From Saccostrea cucullata (lineage: Eukaryota), in contig NW_026931770.1 of assembly GCF_032062105.1 (NCBI RefSeq), positions 186,001-250,000 on the forward strand: a stretch of DNA of 64,000 nt. The letters run 5' to 3'. Position numbers and translations under genes: made by a program. This document shows, in pieces, positions 39,507 to 52,177 of this stretch; the stretch's first letter is position 1; every line of letters begins with the position of its first letter. The notes beneath the pieces are model-generated. The model had not been told where the DNA came from, searched no databases, and was given only the letters and a program-made list of their open reading frames with translations.

Positions 39507-40194
39507 CTAAAAACAGGATTCATCATCAATGTAATTTTTTACAAAGTTCAGATCAAAACTAGTGAACATTTAACTATTAGGATATTTTAGTTACATTTTT
39601 GATAGACTGGATCAAATTACCATAATGGAATATTACAGCATATCAATGGGAGACAAATTTATAACAGTAATATTTGCATATTCACTGCTCTCTCCCATTA
39701 TGAACCTGCAGGCTTAATTATGCGAGACAGTGTGCTATGCGAAAATTTAATTCTGCGTATAATATTATTCCTTGAATGCTTTTTAAAAATGCTACTCAAA
39801 CTCGTGTAGCAATAACCACAATTCGCGAAAATTTTGTCTCGCTAATCAAGCTCTCCTACAATCATGTTCTGTAGTATTAGGATATTTTAGTTACATTTTT
39901 GTATATATATAATGGAATGTTTTGCAAAAGGAATAAATATACATGTAATATATTAAGTTGAAGTTGAATGTATAACAAATTTTCAATTGACAAGCTGTTT
40001 AAGCTATTTACATGCATTTCCTACAACCCTCCAGTTTGCTATTGAGATTTAGATTTTCTGGGAACGCATCATCTATGTTCAAGCAAAAAAAATTATTTAC
40101 CAAAAAATTTTATTTTGCAGATAAACAATATGTTTATAGCTAAATATTTTTGTTGTCAGCCGATTAAACTTTTTAAAAACCTTGGAGAGAACTG

Positions 40195-40335
40195 CCATAT
40201 TTTTATTTTTTCCTCTCTCGTTACATTTGGTGCTGTGCCATACCCTGGAACTGACAAGTGAGAGGACTGCCAGGGATAACTCTTCAGACTAGGAGGGAGG
40301 AATGGGCAGCCGGGTTTTAGTGGCCAGACATTGGT
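40195..40335 (+). mobile_element. TRIM remnant: LTR end, PBS, short internal region, PPT
   Basis: ...GTTACA-TT-TGGTGCTGTG (tRNA-His-like PBS)...AGGAGGGAGGAA-TG; internal part resembles 57640-57680. Confidence 0.55.
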
Positions 40336-40559
40336 AAAGCAAAAAAGCAACATTTCTGCAACGCTCACACCGTAAAACATATTACACGGTAGTAGTTAGT
40401 ATAGATCCGTGAGTATATGGTATAAACTTTTCCCAAACTGCATCATAGGAAAATTAATATAATTCATTTATTGAAAAATCATAATTGGCATATAGTCATG
40501 AATACAACAATTAACATACATATAAAATATCAAAGAAAGCAGGTTTTTGCCTTTTTTCA

Positions 40560-41445
40560 AAAATCAAATAGTGTTAAATTATTGATTTTTGTCAATAATA
40601 GGGTTTCATGTAACATTGTGCATTAAATATATCGTAATATTGTAATCTACATTGATCATAACTGACAATGAAAATTTTCAATAAAAAATTTACAAAAAGA
40701 CATACACATTTTTCTCTAGGAATAGGTGGCCGACTCCCCATTTCAATATGTAGTGTATCCAGATAAATGTGTTTAAAAGGCATATACTTTTGTTATTTAA
40801 ATTCATTTGTCAATTTATACTATAAAAAGTTAATTTCCAAGAATTTGATTTAGAAATGTTCTTTAATTGTTCACTGATTTTGTTTTATATGCTAATTTAT
40901 GTTTTGATTTTTGATATGTAATGAAGATAAAGATAGTTTCTGTTGTTGAGTATAAAGTTTTGTTTGCCAAGATATTCTAGACCCCAGTGTTTTATCTTAA
41001 TTAAATGCAGACACCACTAATTGGTCATTATGATCATTTTCTCTCTCTAAGTTTTTCAGTCTGAAATAAAATCTATACATATTTTCATAACACAAATAAA
41101 ATAGTGGGAACTGTCCCAACTCATATAGAACAGCAATATTAGATGATTTTCTATGAACACCCAAAATGTCTTTAAAAATCTGGAGTTGTATTTTTTTTCA
41201 AATGGGAAATGATCTGAGGATAATAAATCACATTTGTAGTCTGCTATCCAAATTTCGTAACCATAAGTTAAGATTGGAGTAATCATAGATCTATAAAGTT
41301 TAAGCATTGTCTTGACAGAAAAATTTGTATCATGGAAAATTGCTTTTAATAGCATAATAAGAGCAATTGCTGAGAATTTCATTTTTCGCCATGTTAAACA
41401 CTAGTCCCAAATATTTATACTGTTTTGTTATTTCTATACGGCTAT
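40560..41445 (-). mobile_element. Decayed CR1/L2-group LINE, 3' fragment
   Basis: YKYLGL.., MLKLYRSMITPILTYGYEIW, with frameshifts. Confidence 0.7.
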
Positions 41446-41447
41446 GA

Positions 41448-42452
41448 TTATAGCGAGCGCAGCGAGCATCGCGAAGCGAGCTCAATAGACTAACGTGTAT
41501 GAACAGAGGAAATTCGGATTAAAATCTGTACATACATCAGCCAAATTTCTCTGTGAAACATTCCCAGAATTCCTGCACTACCCAATGTCCTTTGCGCAAA
41601 TAAATAAATAATAACGTACGTAAAGCATAAAAAGACTATCAGTTAGTAGAAATCTTTCAAAGAAACAAAAAATAACTCTACAATGTTTTTCAACCAATAT
41701 TGCACTAGGTCTATAGTTTCAAACAGACGCTCAGCTGTCTCCGTTAGCTCCGACGAGCTCCGTGACGTCAAGTGACGTCACAGCTAATCGAAATGTCTCG
41801 TGCGGCTTGATGTTTGAAGTGGCTGATCAATTTTTAGAGTGTTTTTGATGGTACAACTGTGCTCACCCCAACGGTCACACCGTAAAACATATTTGAATGT
41901 TTTTTTTTTTCAAGCAATAAAAAGATGTATGAAATAGAATGCCAATCATGCAAAGTCAACTTATTAAACAAATGTTAATATACCCCCCCCCCCCCCCCAT
42001 CATCTCTTGATTAACACATATTTCTTTATAGCGAGCGCAGCGAGCGTCGCGAAGCGACGCTCGTAACTGCGAGCTCTAACGACAACGCCTGGGCGAAGAG
42101 AAAATTCGGTTACTGCACATTCATTCTTCAGAATTTTTTGCTGCAGTAATTTTGACCCACAATGCATCACTTAGCAAAGTTGCGTTCTCGCGAGAATGAC
42201 GGCAAATGTTCAACAAAAAGTTTACTCTTCTTGATTAAATGGATAAACATTGAAGATAAATTGTAAACGTATATTTTTTCATTAACTTTCAGCACTGTTC
42301 AGTTTTTTCTTGGTATTTGTAACTTACATACGACGTCATGTGACGTCAGAGTTTAGACGCACCAAATGTCACGTGCGGTTTGACGAGCCCGATCTTAATT
42401 AAAACAATAGAAGAGTTTGCGCTCGCTCTAACGGTCGCACCGTCAACATATT
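41448..42452 (+). mobile_element. Two adjacent HINE copies (~41448-41893 and ~42024-42452)
   Basis: TTATAGCGAGCGCAGCGAGC start, subterminal inverted GCGCTCGCT, 3' hairpin ACGGT-CGC-ACCGT; a third 3'-end remnant at ~40360-40385. Confidence 0.75.
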
Positions 42453-42552
42453 ATTATATCTATTAAAAACAGTACTAAAACAGTAAATTTCTATGCTTTT
42501 GTTTGAGACAATTATTATCAATCTTGCCAGATACTTTGATTAAGTAACAAAC

Positions 42553-42682
42553 CTTTTAGACCTGGATCATCGTCTTTCGATCTAATTTTTTTTATTCTTA
42601 CAGTTTTCCCGCTAAGAGTTGATAAAATTAAACGCTGTCTAAAGTAATTACAACCTTCAAAAGTAACCGTATTTCCACTCAT
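42553..42682 (-). CDS. RCL1: First coding exon of RNA 3'-terminal phosphate cyclase-like protein; remaining exons not found
   Basis: MSGNTVTFEGCNYFRQRLILSTLSGKTVRIKKIRSKDDDPGLK then a phase-1 donor AAAG|GTTTGT. Confidence 0.88.
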
Positions 42683-42954
42683 ATTAAATATTTTTGTTGA
42701 CAGCACGTGCTAGTCAATGTTAAATACTGTCTTCCATACAATTTGACAAAGCGCCTTAAATAAAGTGCACAGATGACCAAGTACGAAATATAGTCGTAAA
42801 ATAACTTCTAATACAGAAGAGTTCTACTTTCACATTTGGTCAGCACTTTTTTCTGTTACCGACGTAACATGACAGATTTGAAGTTATGTATTGCATAACC
42901 CACGGTAACAGTCCTCTGAAATTTTTTTCACTAAATTAGTGATACATTTTAAAG
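42683..42954. promoter_or_regulatory. Bidirectional promoter RCL1/ERCC8 with an E-box
   Basis: Divergent ATGs 272 nt apart; CACGTG at 42704-42709. Confidence 0.7.
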
Positions 42955-45320
42955 ATGTTGAAGTTCCTGAAAGCCAGAGAAAATGGTATAGATGACCCTG
43001 TTATCTTGAGACGTACAGAATCAACAAAGCGAGCCTACTCATTAGAACTGAGCAAGCACAGGGACGTAGAGTGTGTGTTTTATGGTGGAATTAATTCACT
43101 TGATATAGATCCAGTTGAAGCAAGATAGTAAGTTTTTATGTGTACTCCGAATACACAGGTTAACACAGTACTAAGTTTGAACTTTTTAACAACATTTTAT
43201 CACAATAATGTAAAAGTGACAACAGATTAAATTGTTATTATCCATTTTTAATTAGTTTGCTGTCAGGGACAGTTGCTGGAACCGTTCACATACATGATCT
43301 AACAAACCACTCTGGTCAGGTGAAGTACACCACCAAAGCCATTTGTAACATCAGTCGCTCTAGTCCTTATAAACACAAACATAGTGTTGAAACTGTCCAG
43401 TGGTACCCTTTGGATAGTGGAATGTTTCTTTCCAGTGGAACAGACAAGACTCTAAAAATATGGGACACCAATAGTATGAAGGTAAATTATCATTTAATTT
43501 GGATAGGGGGGAGAGAGAGAATCTAAGAGAGAGATAATATTTAAACCAGAAGCACACATGCATTCAGATCACTCACATATTTGATACTTCAATAGGGCTG
43601 TTCAGTACCTATAATTGATTCTTTCCTTCTTTTATCCTCAGCCAGCAGATGAGTATGAGTTCAGTGGTATCGTGTACAGTCATCATATGTCTCCTGTAGC
43701 TACATCACATTGCTTAGTGGCTGTAGGGTGTCACAGTTCTACTCTGAAGTTAGTGGACCTGAAGTCTGGTTCTGCAACACACATGCTCAAAGGGCATAAA
43801 AAGTCAATCCTGGCAGTCAAGTGGTCAACCAAAAATGAATTCTTACTGGCATCAGGCAGGTTAGTGTAAAAAGATCCAGTAATTTGATGACATCACTAGA
43901 TTGTATTTGATTCCATATTAAACTTTGATGAAGTTGAAATTTTTCCTTGATGATACATTGTATTTGATTCAATCTTAAATTTTTGTTTTGTTTGTATTTT
44001 CAGTGAAGACAACAGAGTACATTTGTGGGATATTAGAAGTTCAAAGGGTTCCTTAATGAGTCTAGACCAATTCAATGGACAGGAAGTTCCAACTTTACTT
44101 AGTGGTAAGTTTCAGATACTTGGCCGGTTGCCGGTTCTTAGGGAAAACACTGATTATTAGAAAGAGTGCTGAGATAGATAAAATGACATATTGTTAAAAA
44201 TAAATTGCATTATATTTGTAATAGGTTCTGTAATGATCATTTTAAAATCTCTAAAATTAAATCTTGTTAAATAATACCAATTTTTAAGGACAAATCACTG
44301 AATTTTCGTCTCGCAAAAATTTCCACTTATACAGTGTATTCAATACTATTCATTCTTCCAAGACTATATAGTTACTGTAGATCACTAAATTTTTGCGACA
44401 CCTTATTTTCGCGAGATTGTCATTGACTCTTAGTAAGCGAGACATAATTTTCACGAATAGTTGTTATTCCTCTATATAATCGTAAGGAATACTTTTAAAC
44501 GCGAGAATCAAATTTTTGCGAACACATTGTCTCACGTAATTACTCAAAAATATATTTCTCGCGAATAATAAGTGATTTACAGTAATAACTTTGGAAGAAA
44601 GAGTTTTAAGAAGACATGATTTTTAAATCCTGGTCCAATATGCCACCTCTTGTTACACATGTTGTCCAAATGCCCTCTTATTTAGCACTACAAACAGGAT
44701 CCAATTCTGAACCAAAGATAAAAAATAACCAACAAAATCAATCTTTTTTGCAAGATTTGAAATGTTTTGTGAATAAATTGATATGGAGTTTCCCCTAATT
44801 TGTTCTTTTTTTCTTTGAAGCTTGCACAGCACACAGTGGCCATGTAAATGGCATGTCCTTTACCATGGATGGACTCTACTTGGTGACCTCTGGTACAGAC
44901 AACAGAATGAGACTTTGGAACATTGACACAGGAAGAAACACTTTAGTAAATTATGGAAAAATTCAGAACGAGACAAGAAAATCCTTACAATTGGCAGTTT
45001 CTTGCTGGTGTAAATCAGATTTAATTTACATTCCGGATGAATACTGTAACATACAGGTTTACGAAATGTTTACGGGAAGGAAAATCGACACCCTCCGTGG
45101 ACATCTTCAACAGGCCAACTGCTGTGTGTTTCATCCGGATTATCAGGAGTTGTATAGTGGAGGAAACGATCGTAACGTCTTAGTATGGGAACCGGAATCT
45201 GACGGAGCTTACGACAGCCATCTAAAGGAACAAAGTTCAAAGAAACAAACAAACAACAGAAATTTTGTGAGTAGAATAGCAGCTACTGCCGATGCATGGA
45301 GTAGTGATGAAGAAACTTGA
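42955..45320 (+). CDS. ERCC8: DNA excision repair protein ERCC-8 (CSA), WD40 repeats; 5 exons
   Basis: Exons 42955-43127, 43256-43481, 43642-43859, 44004-44104, 44821-45320; [11 protein letters not shown].., [30 protein letters not shown]-terminal DAWSSDEE. Confidence 0.96.
44373..44584. mobile_element. TA-flanked MITE (further copies at ~53180-53361 and ~53710-53923)
   Basis: TACTGTAGATCAC...GTGATTTACAGTA. Confidence 0.75.
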
Positions 45321-46584
45321 AAGTAGAAAGAATAAAATTGTGAGGATGTTTTTAATAAGGCAGTCCCATGCCTTTACACATTAAGAAATCTAAGTCTTTC
45401 TGTGGACAACATGGAATTTAAGAGAAATTAGATTCACCAGGAAACACTGAGCTTAGACATTTCAGAAGATGAGATTCCATTGGACTAGAAAGTCCTACCG
45501 AGCAGAACAAATTGTGCCTTTTTAAAAATGGAATACACTGTACAACATCACAAAGAAAAAACTGTGCTGTTGTGTTGTGCCATACACATTGTCTTCAGTG
45601 CAATAAATACTACTCAATACAACAGATTTTTTTTCTTTTCATTTGATTTTTTGATCCATTTGGTGATTCAGCATTTGATTAGCTGGCCAAGATAAGGAAG
45701 ACATTTGTGAAAAACTTAACACTAATTGTATTCAAAAGTTGTAGAGAAGGTCAATGTTTTTCAATATAGGTCAGACTCCAAGGTGAAAGGGTCAAAATTG
45801 TTGGTACCAAAGGAAATGTTTGTTTGTTCCAAAGGAAAACTCTTCACAATTAAGGAATATATGTGAAGTATGAAAGCCAAGAGGTCTAATATATTGTTAC
45901 CCAAAGAAAGGTCTTGTCATAAGGAGTACACGGTAAAAGTCGTTTAGTACGAACACAGATATTGTGAGTTCTTGGATATGATGCAGTTATTTTGGATCCC
46001 CAGCTATATAATTTAATTCAGGTTGTAACGCTGTATTTGATTGGATAAAAAAATTACTTTATATTGAATAAAATGGGTTGCCTACATCACAATGACTTGT
46101 GTCAAAAATGTATCAATCCGCCTGACGTTACATTCAAATTTTGTACAAATTGAAGTCATTTTGTTAGAACAATCATCTTTTTTCCTACATCAAATGAATG
46201 AAAATCAAATTATAAGCAATGAATTTAATAGCTACCCATTTTATACTGTATAAAAAGTTTTGGGACTATGCACCAATTTTCAAAGTGAAACGCTTTGCGG
46301 TTTATAAAGCGTCGCCCAACTGAAAAGTTTACTGACGGGGTCATTAGGTGAGAAAACTTGGTACAAATAAAATACTTTACTCGAGGCTTTCATATGGTAA
46401 AATTACATGTTGAATTTCAGCCACATTTAATCACCATATAATTTATTTTGTCAGAATAGACAATATTTTTCCTGATCCGAGGGCATGAAGTCGAGGACAT
46501 ATATATGCATAACATTAAATGTGAGCAGTTTTCATGAGGTAAATAAATAATCACTAAATCTTCAAGTTGTGAAAAAACAATATT

Positions 46585-47483
46585 GGGTGCGTTCAGAGTA
46601 CTACCGTTTGGCTGACAAAAGTTACCACTGGTAGAATTTCTTACCATTGGTATGCCAATGGTACCAATGTTTGCCGAAAAAATTTTCCATAGGTAGATTT
46701 TTCTGCAGACGAACTAGAGCTCTGTTAGCGATGGTAACTTTTTTAATGACGTCAAACAAAATGGCGGGTACTGATCAAGTCGGTCCTACTAAACAGAGAA
46801 CCCGAGAGATCTCTGGGTTGACCTGACTGTATTTGGTAAATTCAAATAAAATTTATGAATAATTGAGTTCATTTTTACTCTATAAATCGTTTTCTATCTA
46901 TAAAATTAATAACAAGATTATTCTATGAAAGTTTTCCCTGGGGAAAAAAGTTGAAAAAGTAACAAATTATTGTAATGTTTTTACAACACCTATATACATA
47001 AACTCTGTGTATATAGGTGTGAAACGTCTTTTTTAAATGTGGTTTTTCTTGACTGAAAGTTCCAGAATCTTTATTTTAATAAATTTCAAGTCTATTTAAT
47101 GTAAAATAAAGATTTCATTGATTTAATTATTTTACATTTGACAATTCGGAATACAAGTTGGAAAAAATTCTGTAGTGGAGAAGTACTTTACTGTACTAAA
47201 AAGTATTTCTGAAAACATTTTTCTTGCTGCAAAATGATTCATGAAGCAAGAATAATAATCTTGGTTCGACATTTTCTTTTAAGAAATCTGTCAATGTTAA
47301 CAATGGTATACACCAATGTCACAAATGGTACACCAATGGTGCCATTGTTAACATTGGCGAGTTTCCTACCAACTCTACCCCAAAATCGTTCAGAGTACAT
47401 AGGGGTCCAATGGTACCAACGGTACAAATTGCTACCATTGGCAAAGAGGTGGTGGTACCATTGGAAATACTCTGAACGCACCC
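46585..47483. mobile_element. TIR element with ACCATTGG/CCAATGGT subterminal repeats
   Basis: GGGTGCGTTCAGAGTA ... TACTCTGAACGCACCC; TSD not clear. Confidence 0.65.
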
Positions 47484-48909
47484 TATAGCTTTCTTTCAAG
47501 AATATATATTATATTTTTAAAAGAAACATTGGAAGAATTTCAATTTACAGAAGATTGCCGAACAACCTATACACTTGAGCTGTCTGCTCAGGTGAGCTAT
47601 AAAAAAAAATAAAACCTTGCGGCCTGTTTGATTTGTAGGTTTTTCATTGTTTTGGGCCATTTAACGGTCTGAATATATTATCCAGTGATGCAGGGGTGCT
47701 GGGTTGTATTCTTGATTAAGTCGGAAAAAATCATTTTCTTTTTAATCATTTGATGCCTTTGATCCCATTGGACTTGCAGATGAACGTTTGCTAAATTCTC
47801 GATTTTTTTTTTAATAAGAGAATTGTTATAATCTTTGTTCAATTTTGTATTGGGGTACCTTTGTTTCTACCATAATTAAATTTTATCAAACAAAAATCTT
47901 TTCAGATTTTGATTACTGAATAATGATGATAAAATAAAAGGGAACTGCATTGAATACGGATACACACCCACACACTGACACAGAGTATCGAACGCACGAC
48001 GAGGCGACGCATGCGCTAAAATTTTTTGACTTCCTGTTAAAAAAAGGAACTTTTTCTTTTTCGAGTTTTCCGGTTTTTCTTTCGCACCCACTAAGTAAGT
48101 ACATAGGTATTGAGAACTAATATTTTCGTCTCTGTTGTAGCAATTAAATTTATTTCAACATACAAAGATGGGTTTTTGTAATAATTTTTTTAAAAAGAAA
48201 AACGTTAAAATTAAAATCATTTCCGGATTTTCTTACTGAGGTCACGAATGGAATTTTAGGAATGAATAAATAAACAATCCTTCTCTGTTAGTCATATCCC
48301 CTCAGTCTGAGCATCAGTCAGGGTCTTGAACGATACATTAATGTAAGTAATTTGAGGGAATTTAATGTTTCAGACTCATCATTTAACATGAAACATACAA
48401 TCTTTATGTAAACTACCAACATTTTGATTGAGTTGTACTTTGATTTACCTTGAGTCGCAGTTACAAGTTTCTCTTCATCATTTCATTCTGGTTTAAATGT
48501 ATGAACTGTGTATCAACTACATCAAAAAGTTTAAAGCAATAATGTCATAGCTTGGCTAGTTCAGTTGTTGACTTCTGATTAACAGGTCCAGTCCAAAGAC
48601 TATTTCTACCTACGTAGCTATTAATAGCTACCTAGGTATTTAAATCTACCCAAAGTAGCTATTTTTACCTACTTTTTGCTTTACTTACATCTTGTGGCCA
48701 AACAGCCAAATGGCGCAACATGGGGAGTATCACATTTCTTGATAAAGTCACACTAATGATAAATACGACAAAGTTTTGGCCAAAAAATGATAACTTCCTA
48801 AATGAACAATTTCGTATTGTAATTAATGTAAACAATTTTCAAAAGCCCATATATACAATGGTAGAATAAGGAATGTTTTGTTTTGGAAATAGTACAAGAA
48901 GAGTGTAAG

Positions 48910-49084
48910 TTACACGGTTAGTAATATTTTAAGATGGCGGTTTGAAAAACATGGAAAAATGAAGAACTAAGAAAGAGTGCACTTTTTTGTGCACAATTAA
49001 TATACACTTTTTTTCAATGGATGGCACTGGAACTCTTCAGTCTGTCAGTTTATTTTTTTGTGGTGAGCTACAGTTCTGCAGCTA
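48910..49084. mobile_element. Right arm of the same Academ(H)-type family as 19513-20047
   Basis: Collinear with 19880-20047, ends ...CTGCAGCTA. Confidence 0.7.
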
Positions 49085-49121
49085 GAGTAACTCATGAAAC
49101 TTTTTTAAAGCAGATTTCAAC

Positions 49122-51218
49122 ATGTCAAGTAGAAAGACCAAATCCAAAACCACAAAGAAGCGAGCCCAGAGGGCCACTTCCAATGTGTTTGCTATGTTTG
49201 ATCAGGCTCAGATCCAGGAGTTCAAAGAAGCATTCAACATGATCGACCAAAACAGAGATGGATTTATTGACAAAGAAGATTTAGCAGATATGCTTGCATC
49301 TCTAGGTATGATTCACTTGTCACAAGAAGTATATAAACTCAAGCAAAAAAATAGATTAAACATTTTCGCCTTTTATTCTAATTAAAGCTTTCAATTTACA
49401 TGGATTCAGGATACATGTATATTATAAAATTGCTCCAGTGCTTTTGTAAAAATGTGAATTGAGATAATGTGAGCAAAAGGTGAAAAGAAGTAAGTTCTAT
49501 GTAGAGATAAATAATAATGCACTATTGCACTTGAATGTGAGCAAAAAGAGAAAAGTAATAAGTCCCATGAAGTTGTAGATATTATTAAATAAGGGGGGAA
49601 AAAGAAAACTCTAATAAAAAATTATAAATTTTAGGAAAGAATCCCACAGACCAGTACTTAGAAGAAATGATGAGCTGTGCCCCAGGCCCTATCAATTTTA
49701 CAATGTTCCTTACAATGTTTGGGGAGAAATTAAATGGCACGGACCCAGAGGATGTTATTAAGAACGCTTTTGCCTGTTTTGATGAAGATGCATCAGGTGA
49801 GCTTTGACGCATATTGTATGTGTTGGATCAAAAAGTAAAATAGGTCACTATGAAATAAAGATTCTACAAAAGTCTCCAATCATTAAATTTCATTCAGTGG
49901 TATAAGAGGAGTTGACGTATGCATGTAAGAGATGGGTACTTCAGAGCTAACAAATGGACGAAAATCCCAATTACTATATACACTCATACTTTTCAAGCCA
50001 GAGGTACAGTGTATAATAAATGGCTTTTAGAATTCTTCACATGATGTTGCATGAAACTCTACTCTTGATACTCCTCTCTTTAAGTTTAACATTTTACATT
50101 TCCAGAACATTGATTGAAAAGGAAAGGAGTGAGTTAACTTTAAATGCCCCTGCAGCACTTATTTTTATCCTTTCAGTGAAGTGACAAGTTGTATGTGAAA
50201 AGTTGTATTGAAATTTTTGCTAAGATCATAATTATAGTCAAACCTTGGGTAAATAGTATAAGTTTGAATCACTTCCCGATAAAACAGGAAGGTTTGTGAC
50301 ATATGAAAAATTTTCAACATTGTTAATGCATGTAGGTAAACATAATATGAATATAAACATGATAAAAGGTATGAATAGTGCCAAATATATAGGCAGGGTT
50401 TATGATGATTATCTCATTTGTTTTTTCTATGTATATAAACTATAAACCAGTTTTATAGTTTCTCTGTCAATTAACATGATTAACCATGACAAGAATCAAC
50501 TGGTTCCTCAATACCTATTTCAATGCCTTAATGAGAGTATAATGTTATACATGTACCTATTTCAATATAAAGTCTTTGTAAGATGTATGTATATATTGTT
50601 ATATTTATTTCAGTAGAACCTTTATAAGAGTATAATGTATTGTGTGTATATTGTTATACCAGTGATTCCTTTTGTTTTGAAGGTTACATTAACGAAGACA
50701 GACTTCGTGAGTTATTAATGACCATGGGAGATCGCTTCACTGAGGATGAGGTGTGTATCACATCTGTTTTATAATCTATTGAATGGTACCCAAGTTATAC
50801 TGTTCAACCTGGGTTGGGGCAGTTTATGCTTTATAAACCCCAAATTGATTTTTAAAAAAGTGTAAAAGGTTCCAACCCAGGTTATAGCAATATTTCCTTC
50901 AAAAGGAAGAAAAAAAGCTACAATAATAAAAACCAAGCTGTATACAGTTAGATTTAATTACCGGTATAAAGGGCAACAATGCACCACTGTGTGTCTGCCA
51001 TCAATACACTGTACATTGCAAGCAGTTGACTTAGAAATAAATGTTTAATCAAACAGAATCACTACCTCTGCATTTATACTTTAGTCAGATCCATATACAC
51101 TTTCGACTTTATCTTACAGGTTGACGAAATGTTCCGGGAAGCACCTTTGAAGAACGGAATGTTTGATTATGTAGAATTTACGAGAATTCTCAAACACGGA
51201 AAGAAAGAGGAACAATAG
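49122..51218 (+). CDS. sqh: Non-muscle myosin II regulatory light chain (MYL12/sqh type); 4 coding exons
   Basis: Exons 49122-49305, 49635-49796, 50683-50750, 51120-51218; [17 protein letters not shown]-hand [20 protein letters not shown]. Confidence 0.95.
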
Positions 51219-51418
51219 AATCAGGAACAAACTGCGCAACATTCCATTCTCCACATATCTAGTGCAGGACCAATCGCGACGCAGTAGGGATAGCTAGTTA
51301 ACTCTCATTGACTTGGGACCAAACCTTTATACACTTTTATGTTATATTTATATATTAAAAACCTATTTAAAAAACAGATGATCTTTTTCTTTGTGTCGCA
51401 GTCATTAGCCAAAAGAAA

Positions 51419-51627
51419 TACTGTATACAGGGAAATTTTCTCCCCTGTTTTAATTTCGCCCCTTTCTCCCCACCCTCATTTGGGCGAATTTAAAACGATG
51501 CGAATTCAAAGAATGCAGTATAATTTCTTTAACAAAACTATAATGGGGGAATTTATAACGGGACAAAATTGTTTGCAAGTGTGAAAGGGCGAAAATAACA
51601 CGGGGTGAAAATAACCCTGTATACAGT
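51419..51627. mobile_element. TA-flanked MITE (relatives at ~55645-55853 and ~58841-59003)
   Basis: TACTGTATACAGGG...CCCTGTATACAGTA. Confidence 0.75.
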
Positions 51628-51892
51628 AATTTATCTGACATTCTTTACAATAATCATGAAGGGACTTCTTACATATACATGTACATGGTCTATTGTCTCA
51701 TAAGATTTGGGTTTGTTTCTACTTTTATTTCAATGCACTCGATCGTAATTTGAAAATAATCTATTACATGTATTTGTAAATTAAGATTAACCTTATTTTC
51801 AAAAAGTTAAAATTAAGAGAATATGAACCCACCAAAAATTGTGTATGATCACAAGTACTCTTTTTGTGGTTAATTTACTAAGGTTGTGATAT

Positions 51893-52013
51893 TGACGTCA
51901 CAATAGCCGTATCAGCCCTGCAGGGCTGATATGGATTTGCGGGGCTGATATAGGTTATCAGCCCTGCAAATCCATATCAGCCCTGGAGAGCTGATACGGC
52001 TATTGTGACGTCA
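51893..52013. repeat. ~120-bp near-perfect palindrome
   Basis: TGACGTCACAATAGCCGTATCAGC...GCTGATACGGCTATTGTGACGTCA, 58-bp arms and 5-nt loop. Confidence 0.9.
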
Positions 52014-52177
52014 GCCATATCGCATATGCAAAAAACCTGTATTTATTACTAAGTGTGTAATAAAACAAAGTCCCTGAACAAAAATAAATTATTGACTTTC
52101 TGTTTTTATTGACTAGCAGTTTATAATGAATCCTAACAGGATATTAAATTTGATCCCCTGTCATGTCCCACTATTAA

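Noticed and set aside
40025-40072. Possible MED23 first or linker exon (ATAG|ATGATGCGTTCCCAG...GTT|GTAGG on the minus strand)
   Set aside because: The ATG frame hits TAA at codon 8; the open frame has no phase-0 donor and no resemblance to MED23 or RCL1
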